A stretch of 57,921 nucleotides of DNA, the filler included, from Sluysia triapertura (Eukaryota): the NCBI GenBank assembly GCA_046118255.1. It is 5 parts of 5 records of this genome, joined end to end, with 100 filler letters (N's around TTAATTAATTAA, not from the genome) between each part and the next. Parts side by side here need not be neighbours in the genome. Positions count along the whole stretch, not along the records: positions 47,028 to 57,921 come from JBJNIA010191841.1; 4 more parts are not named here. One strand, 5' to 3'. How positions within the stretch are numbered: position 1 is the first letter of the stretch; the number at the start of each line of letters is the position of its first letter. This document shows, piece after piece, positions 49,190-57,921 of this stretch. The notes beneath the pieces are model-generated. The model was not told where the DNA came from, searched no databases, and saw only the letters and a program-made list of their open reading frames with translations. Both the position numbers and the translations under genes were made by a program.

Positions 49190-50555
49190 GCTTAGCAATT
49201 TTATTATAGTCAATTATACTATCATTAAGCCTGGACCTCAACATTACCAATGTAAATAAATTCTAATTAACATGAATAAACCAATCTGAAACTAAGATAC
49301 ATCAAAAGAGTGCTTAATATCACTTTGACTTAAATAATACAAATGATTTATTCAAAAATGAAATGAACGCAAGGTTAACTCGTTTTTTATTATGGATTAA
49401 AGCGTGTAGTATTATATTTACAGGTGTTTACAGTATGAATTATCACTTACAAAATATCATCACTTTAAGATCCGCCTATAGCGAATGAAGCTTTATTTAA
49501 ATTTAAAGGTACGTTTTTGTGTCCTTACAGAATAAAAGAAAAATCTAGGCTTACATGTTATAGCTGGACCGTTGGATTTTTTAAAGAAATTTCGTAGTTT
49601 TAGGACGTATAATTACGTTTACTTTAAATAAATGATTAAATATGAACAATAATAAGTTTATGTTTTCTTCTTAAATGTGATTTAATATTTCTTTGTTCTT
49701 TCCTTCTATCGTTATTATTTAAACAAATTAATTTACTAAGTTTATAATTATCGAAAATTTATTGAAGTTTCTTGTATGAAACTTTAAAAGAAAGTATTTT
49801 TATTTTAAAAATACTTCAAACTACGGAGATATATTATGAATAGAAGGTATACAACTTCGTAAAATGGTAACAAAATTTTATATAATAAAATGAGAAATAG
49901 TTTAAATAGATTATTCTTTTCAATAATAATCTCTTTCTTTTTTAGATTCTAAATAGATAATTTTAATGAGCTATCTTAATTAAATGACAGCTATTCAAAT
50001 ATTACCGAAAAGATTTTATCTGAATTTTATTAACGCAATTTTAAATATTGCAAATCTTATAAATAAAACTAGCAATACAATTAAATGTCAAAGAAATCTC
50101 TTGTAAATAATGTGATATTGACTCCAATTTTGAATAAATCTTTCTTTTAAAAACCTTGATATCTTTGCTTGAATAAATTAAATATCTTTAAAATATCTGA
50201 AAACTTTTTAAAGTGTACAAACTTTTGATTGTGAAAGAATTGATTCAAAAAAATGATTTTTATATTTATAATAAATTTGACCTTGAAGGTCAAATGCCTA
50301 AATTTAAACAAAATTTATATAATATAAATTTAAATAATATACATTTTATAAATATACATTTGGTTAAAATAAATATTTACATTTCTAAAAATTCATTTCA
50401 TAATAATAAAATTTATAATTATTTACAATTAAAAATAAAAATTAATTTCATAATAGAATTCATAATTATTAATTTCACATATAAGTTATAATTATTTATA
50501 ATTAGATTATTAATTTATAATTTAACAACATTGACTTTAAACTTTAACAAAGTAA

Positions 50556-50593
<38 letters not shown>

Positions 50594-53500
50594 GTGCGTC
50601 TTTGTATTTAATAATAATATCGATTACTCTTTAACAAAACCTCAATAATTTATCACTAAATTCAATATAAAATTATTGTAAATTTCCTTATTTCGATAAT
50701 GTTATTTATTCAACCTAAAGATTAAGTTTTTTAAAGTGAAATACACAACAATTCAATAATTTAATGATTACAAAAAAATACAAATTACTGTTATAAGTCT
50801 TTACTAAACAACAATAAAATGACTAAAATGATGTAACATTTCGTTTACGACAATAGTTCGACTAAGAAAATTGTCTAAGAGCGCAGTAGAACAGGATGAT
50901 GCAACGTACCTGCAGGTCAGTGCGTAGGCCATGTTTCGGACAACTCTGGGTTACGGCCAGCAGGACCACGATAATGGTTGGCGAAATAAGTTTGCCGTGT
51001 GGATTAATCGCGTCATCACTCTATCTGGGCCTGAACCAGTCGGTGATACTTCATAAACAATTATAAACTTAATAAAACTGGTTAAAAAAAGGTAACGACA
51101 TTTTTAATTAATCGTTTCATCACTCTTAAATTATTTTTAAATTGACTTTTGGTAGGCTCCGTGCCCAAATTGTTTTGAAAAACTTTAAGATAAATATTGG
51201 ATTGATATTTTAATTTTAAATTTTAGATTATTTATAAACTGATTTTTGGGAGGTTATTTTTATAAAATTATTCAGAAATATTTAACAAACTTATTTTGAG
51301 TTTATAATTTTAAAATTATGAATCAATTAATTGTAAATTTTACCGAGTGTACAGATTTAATTTTTGCATTGAGATTGTTGTAGTTGCATCATCCTTGGTT
51401 TTTTGATTAAATTATTGTGTTGCTAATATTATCATAAATTTACTGATGATTATCTAGTGTTAATTTCTATTAAATACAGCTTATAGACATTTTAGTTTTT
51501 TCGAAATTTTGGATATCTTTATCTATTAATATTTATTGTAATTGTGAGATTAGTTGCTTTTATTATCTAATTGAAACAATTTTATCTCATTGAATATAAT
51601 TGAGTTGAATCTTTTTGATTTTAATAGATTTTAAATTTAATTCTAAATTCAAGTAAATTAAGTAGTAAGAAAGAATTATTAAATAAATAACAAATTGATT
51701 TGTATCATTATTAAGGAAGAGATTGGTACTAATAGTTTATATCAGATTTTAAATTTATTAAAGTAGGTAATTAATCTCATTGAGATCAGGATTAAATTAA
51801 TTTTAGAGTTTAAAATAAGCAACATTAGTTATGTTGAATTTTCACATTTCAGTTTTATTAATGATATCAGTAATAAATATTTAATTTCATTATCTAAACA
51901 ACAACATAAATATAGATTTAAATACTATTTTAACAGCTGGTGTTTTTTCAGTATTTAATTTTTGCTTTAAAGATAAAAACCCACCATACGAAACTTTGGC
52001 TTTAGAAAATGCAGAAGTAAATAAAAGGTGAATAAATGAAACGTAGAATGGGCTACTAAATTTCTCAGATATTTAAATATGAAAAAGTTAGGAGCAGAAA
52101 AATTAGAATCGATATTTATTAATAAGTTTGCTAACGGATCTAAAATTACAAATAAATTTATAACAAAACCATCCCGTACACATCCATAAATAATCAAAAT
52201 GTATTATTTTGTGTTTACTATCAGTCAGAAAGACTCTTCTAAATCAGCCTATGTTTATAGTATTTAACATCGGCGTCCTAATATTGTTTATTAATTATTG
52301 TTCTAATTATTATTATTGCTCAGATTTTTGTTTTCCTTACAACTAATAATTTAGCAAATATGAATTTAAGTAACGGATTCGCTTGAAGTCAACGATTTAA
52401 ATACACGGAAGACGTTGCTTCAAGATTCTTGACTAAAAAGAATATCCCCATGCATGTGAAGTATGTTGAATAAACGAATTCTTCTACTTTATACGAGGGT
52501 TTGCTTGACGCGGTAAAAGTTACGACTAATGAATTTAAACTTTCACTTAGGTAGGTCTCTTGTCTGTAAAATTTTTTCTTGTGTGAAAATGTTAATTTTT
52601 AATAACGGGAGTTACTCAGACTAATTAGTGATTTTCTTAAATTAAACAAAATAACTTAGACACATTTTATTAATAGGTATATGATATAAATATAAATCAA
52701 AGAATTTAAATATGATAATTAGATTTTATAAATGTAGTTTAACCCAGGAGTAAATCTTGGGCGTAAAAAATATGATAATAATTTAAGTCTATTTTAATTC
52801 TAATATTATAGAATAAAAACTTATGATGAAAAACTTACGTTGACATTATCATGAAATTTAATTAAGTTCCAGTTAATTGATTGATTATATATACTCGATC
52901 GAATTCCTCAGAAAATATCAATGTCTGTTCGAGAATGAATTTCCAATGTCGAAAATAACGCACTTCGCGAAAAGAATTTAAAAGTGTGTGAGTTTTATTT
53001 CGTTGTTGCTATTGTCAAGTTGTAAATTTTATGTTTCATTTTTTATGCTTATTTGTCAATTTAATTGTAAGATTTATTTTGTATATAATTTTATAATATT
53101 ATTATTATATGAATTAAATTAATATTATTGTTTAATTAATAAAATAGAGAAATTAAGGAAATTTATAATTTAATTGATAATTTCAAAAACAAATATTTTT
53201 TATAATTTTAAAATTAAAATTAATAATTTAATATTAAAAGCAAAATTAAAATTAATAAAATATTAAAAGAAATAATTTTAATTTTAAATATTTTGAATTA
53301 AACAAGTTTGTTTTTTGTTGGAATTGCCCAACTGTAGATCAGAAGATGAGTGAGAAACATGTAGAACTATTAAATGAAGGAAAAACTGATACAAAGTGTT
53401 GGATTGAACATGGCAAACATTGTTGGAATAAGAATCATGAAAAAGAAAACATTAATAAATAATATCGTAAGGTTCCAAAGACCTATATAAGGGTTTGTAA

Positions 53501-54469
53501 CCCTATGGAAGTTTGAGATGGACTCGAAAAAACTTTAGAAGCATTAAGGTACTTTTGAACTTTAGAACTTTTAGACCATTTAAGACCTTAGTAACCTTTA
53601 AGTATCTCGGAACATCGATGAGCATTTAAGATCCTTTAGTAATCTTATAAAAAGTTTAAAATCTTTGAAATTGTTGAGAAATAAAATCATTGTTATTGGT
53701 ATTAAGAATAAATCTAGTATAGTAATAATTAACATGAAGAAGTAGAAAAAGGAATCAGAGAAGTGAAGGTTATTAGTAATTACTTTGTTAATGAGTAATT
53801 TTACTAGCTCTGTATTGCTTTGTCATGGCGAAATTGTGGTCAAAAACGGTTGTAACATTCTAGAAACTTTTGTTTTTAGAATTTTCTTTTTTGGAAAATA
53901 AGTTTTTCTTTTTGGAATTTGATGTTTTACATTATTCTATTAAGAGGTTTTACTAATTTTTAAACATTTTGAAGGTTTATGATGACAACCTAACAATTAT
54001 AATAATGACAACCTAACAATTATTATTATCACTATTATCATTATTATTACTAGTATCATTATTATTATTATCACTATTATTATTATTATTATTATTAATT
54101 CAGTTTGTTAATTAAAATCTCTGTGAATCGTAATTAATCTTATTATATTGAAATCATTATTTATAAAGTTGTATTTCGAATTCAGATTGGTAATAAATAA
54201 CGATGTATTGATCACGTATCATCATTAATAACAGATTACTTTGTTATCAGAATCAATTTTTATCAAGTTTTTCTCATACTTACTTAGATTAAATAATTTT
54301 ACTGTTAATCAAAATATAACTTAAATATAATAAGCTTTAATTTCTATCAACTAAATAAAATATTATCACATATTCGAATATTTATTAATAAAGAAGCCGC
54401 TAAACTTATTGTATTGTATGTTGTATTCAATTTCATATAGAAAAGTGAAAAAACTACAATTAATAATTA

Positions 54470-54915
54470 ATCAAACAGATAGACTAATATTCTCCAAGTG
54501 GGAAGAACATCTCATGTAACACACCTTATCTTAAGGAATTACATTGGTTGCCAATAAAAGCAAGAATAGAATTCAAAATCATAACAATAATTTACAAATG
54601 CTTACATTATGTAAGTCCTGAATATATTTTAGAAATAATAAAATTTTCATTGAGACAATAATAATCTATACAGAATCCACAGTGATAATAAGAGCTAAGT
54701 GATAAGTTATATACCGTTTATTTTTCAAAAATATACAACCAGTACTACCAGAGAATGTCAAATTAGTGGAAGATTATGAAATATTTAAAAGGCAAAATTT
54801 TTTCTGTTTCAGAAATATTATAATGAATGATTTACCTTAAGCGCTTTTGAGTACTTACTTTGCAGTAGATATGGGCGCAATATAAATTAATAATAATATA
54901 ATAATAATAATATTA
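54470..54915 (+). mobile_element. L2-clade LINE 3' end in a P4-ATPase intron (antisense)
   Basis: PYLKELHWLPIKARIEFKIITIIYKCL..SPEYI, then tail AAGCGCTTTTGAG..GGCGCAATATAAAT(TAA)n. Confidence 0.85.
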
Positions 54916-54958
54916 TTATTATCATAGTAGTAGTAATATAAAATATAATAATAATAAC

Positions 54959-55071
54959 CCGCGTAAACAACGATTCCTCGAATTTCTTCGGTATTTCGTA
55001 AAATGGTGTCTCGCAATGCAACGTTGGAATTATTGACCACCTTAACGACTCTGTCGGATCTAGCGGAATAC
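54959..55071 (-). CDS. ATP10: P4-ATPase phospholipid flippase (ATP10-like), 4th visible exon
   Basis: YSARSDRVVKVVNNSNVALRDTILRNTEEIRGIVVYAG (LR..LRNT..GIVVYAG motif); phase 2 matches the previous exon. Confidence 0.85.
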
Positions 55072-55395
55072 CTGAATATAGCATGAAAAATATTATAAAT
55101 TCGTAAAGCAGCAGTACCATCACTGTACCACGAACGACTTGTTACTTTTTGATGATGCTACTGAAAGACTTATCTTACTTATTGCTAGCAGTAATACTTC
55201 TGGAAATCCTTGCATGTCGCACGAACAGAAAAAGGCATATAACAGAAAGCCAAACTTGTCAGTGAATAATCCGATAAGCATGTGATTGCACCCTAGTCCT
55301 GCTAACATTATGGTGTGCCACTTGGAAAATATGATGTAACCTAGTGCCCGTGTCGTGATGGAATATTTCAATTTCCGAAAATAACCAATACTAAC

Positions 55396-55481
55396 ACTTT
55401 CCCGTTGAATCGGTACACGTCCTTATTGGGCGCATCGACCTCGAAATAAAAATCTCCGATCACATCTTCGACTTCCGTTTT
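55396..55481 (-). CDS. ATP10: P4-ATPase (ATP10-like), 3rd visible exon
   Basis: 86-nt exon, tttcag|KTEVEDVIGDFYFEVDAPNKDVYRFNGK|gttagt (E..PN...F.G motif). Confidence 0.8.
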
Positions 55482-55574
55482 CTGAAATTGTCCATCACAT
55501 TTAAATAAATAAATAAAATGAGTTATATTTTATATAAATTTATTAAACAATTTTATTAATTTTAAGTTTTTTAT

Positions 55575-55930
55575 TAAATTATTATTATTAATTATTATGA
55601 TTATAATTATTATTAATTACTCTCATCATTACTAATTATTATTATCATCATTATTAATATTATTATGATTATTATAATTATTATTAATTACTCTCATTAT
55701 TACTAATTATTATTATCATTATTATTATCATCACTATTAATATTATTATGATTATTATTAATATTATTATGATTATTATTAATTACTCTCATTATTACTA
55801 ATTATTATTATCATTATTATTATCATTACTATTAATATTATTATCATTATTATTAATATTATTATGATTATTATAATTATTAATTACTCTCATTATTATA
55901 ATAATTATTATTATTTATTATTATTATCAT
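55575..55930. repeat. Compound ATT-rich tandem repeat with recurring TTAATTACTCTCAT unit
   Basis: TTAATTACTCTCAT(C/T)ATTA occurs four times inside (ATT/ATC)n tracts, in a P4-ATPase intron. Confidence 0.8.
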
Positions 55931-56188
55931 TACGCCTAAGTATTGGCCCACCAATACTTGTCTTACATATTTTGCAGTATTATTTTCTTTTGCTCGATAA
56001 TGTTGATCAAATTATTTGAAAAAATTCTCAAATTTAATTGTTTTAACGAACTATTCAACGTGCAGACTAAATAAATCTACTTATAAAAGAATTAAAAGAG
56101 GACAGAATTGAGTCCGAATACCTTGAAGCACATCTTCGAAATCATTAAATATTACAACCTTATTTGAGAGGAAATAAATAAAACGAAC

Positions 56189-56432
56189 AGAGTTACAGTT
56201 GCATTTTGATTGGCTCGCCACATGCTGAACAGACTGGAAGTTGACTACCGTCTTCATCTTCAAATTGGTCTCCCCATCGATGTCACTGGTCTCCAGATAG
56301 CACGTGCGAGTAGCACTGTCACTGGAGTAATACAGCAGCAGATCAGCAGGAATCCTTTCGTTTGTCGTTATCTTTATAAAATCTCCAACTTGTACCTCAC
56401 TCCATTTGCCAATCAGGAATTCCTTCTTCTGT
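56189..56432 (-). CDS. ATP10: P4-ATPase (ATP10-like), actuator-domain exon
   Basis: WSEVQVGDFI..ERIPADLLL..SSD..CYLETSDIDGETNLK (DGET P4-ATPase signature); the 3' donor position is a best guess. Confidence 0.9.
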
Positions 56433-56690
56433 CTAATTAACCAATAACATTGTTACGTTTTTAAACGAAAATTTAAATTCCTAACGTAACTTAATTAATT
56501 AATTAAATAATGAGGCCAATTTCACTGCTAAACCTTCAGCCTTACGTCTATTCCAATACAGAATGATTTCATTCATTCTAATAAATGTATATCGTAATTT
56601 AATTCATGACATTTTTTTAGAACCTAACTTTATTATAGAAACTCAATATTTAATTTACAAATCAAATTAAATTTAAATTAAATATCGTAC

Positions 56691-57091
56691 GTGTTGTAAA
56701 TTTGAACTCTGTTTTGATTCACTTTCTTGTCACTCAGAAAACGATTTAGATCCTCATAACCGTCTTTTATTAGAGTCACTATCAATACAAACGCCAATGG
56801 AATCGGTGCAGTTTCACTAGAAAAAGCTTTTACGTATGGCAAGAAATTCAATATTACACAAATCATAAAGAAAATATTCGAAAAGCGTTTGAATTGTTCA
56901 AATAAATTCAACCAAAAGAAGTTGTACCAACGATATTTCGTAGTTCGAATAGCATTTGTATTGGTCTTATTTAATGGAACTTTCTGGGAATCATCAAATC
57001 GATTATTGTCATTTTTAAAATTGCACGGATATATTAAAATTGGCTCTTTGGATGTACTTTGTTTAGTACAGTTACAAAGTATGTCATTCAT
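56691..57091 (-). CDS. ATP10: P4-ATPase (ATP10-like), N-terminal/TM1-2 exon
   Basis: NAIRTTKY..NLFEQFKRFSNIFF..LNFLPYVKAF..IPLAFVLIVTLIKDGYED..SDKKVN; donor gtacga at 56690. The LNF.P.V.AF motif points to the ATP10 class. Confidence 0.9.
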
Positions 57092-57921
57092 TATTATTCG
57101 AACTTTTGAACAACACTGATTATTTTTTTTGTTACTAAAATTAGTTCATATACTTCAAAAATAATTTCATCAAAATAACTCACAAAATCATCTTGATAGA
57201 ACTTTAAATTTATTCAAATATAAATAAAAGAGTATTTTTAATATTTAACAAAATGGTATATATTTATTCATTTTCATGTGAAATTAAAAATTTTAAATAT
57301 TAGTCACAAATGAGTTACTATAGATAATACTTAAAACAAATAATTAGATATAAGTTATTAAAAATGTTACATTAAACATTATATTCTTCAAGTTAATTTA
57401 TTACGTTTTTCTTATTATTATTTTCTTTGTTTAGAGTTTAATTTTCTTGATAAAATATAAATAAAGAAATAATTATGTAAACAAAGAATAATAATGATTA
57501 TACTTTTGTAATTCAATTAATGATATCCAAAGGTTGCTTAATACCGGCAATCTTTAATAAACAGTGATTATTAAATTAATTTAGAATAAATAATTGATTA
57601 TCTAAGTCTAAAAATGAAGCAATATATAGCAAAGTCAAAATTCAAAACCAAGTAAGTCGTCAAAGCTGTTATTTTGTCCAACTTTTTCTATGTTATGAAC
57701 AATTATAGAATTATTAAATTTACGGGTTCGCCTGTGACACACGGTTTATATTGCATGAAAGACGTGCTCACAGGATTTTTGGTGAAGAGTGCTGCGTAAA
57801 AGAGTTCCTTATTACTTGAGTGCAACTTCTTAGTTGTTACTATACTTACTACTTTAGTATATTTTGACAGAACTTAATATTATGAATTTCGCGATATTTT
57901 ATAAAAGTACTTAATAATTAA

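Noticed and set aside
55100-55375. GC-richer segment with an 83-aa ORF inside a P4-ATPase intron, possible alternative exon
   Set aside because: The flanking exons join in phase without it. The plus strand reads SHEQKKAYNRK, more like an LTR integrase C-terminal scrap.

Overview
AT-rich eukaryotic (metazoan) genomic DNA. It consists of five unrelated contigs of about 11-13 kb, joined by artificial 100-nt linkers (N44-TTAATTAATTAA-N44), so adjacency across a linker means nothing. The organism cannot be determined from the sequence. Recognisable host-gene exons: an MFSD4-type MFS transporter (3 exons, minus), a thioester protein of the alpha-2-macroglobulin/TEP family (2 exons, GCGEQ), two KCNQ potassium-channel exons, the last exon of a DDX11/Chl1 helicase, and the first 4 visible exons of an ATP10-type P4-ATPase. 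Much of the rest is decayed mobile DNA: rosa/DD41D-like and mariner transposases, pogo-type pieces and a MITE end, a Helitron helicase remnant, L2/CR1 LINE pieces, Penelope-like (PLE) remnants, gag-like remnants, and a ~5 kb NeSL-group retrotransposon. Three observations stand out. (1) A dispersed family of intron-containing ORFs with an Unkempt-type C-x9-C-x6-C-x3-H zinc finger occurs in 4-6 divergent, broken copies on three contigs, mostly downstream of a shared CCAAT-containing cassette that in two cases abuts a PLE remnant. This is a candidate undescribed PLE-associated cargo/composite element. (2) Two consecutive, phase-compatible KCNQ exons lie on opposite strands within one contig. (3) The NeSL-like element appears to carry two Ulp1-like cysteine-protease domains. 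All assignments come from manual translation and motif recall; no database searches were run, and boundaries of decayed elements are approximate.
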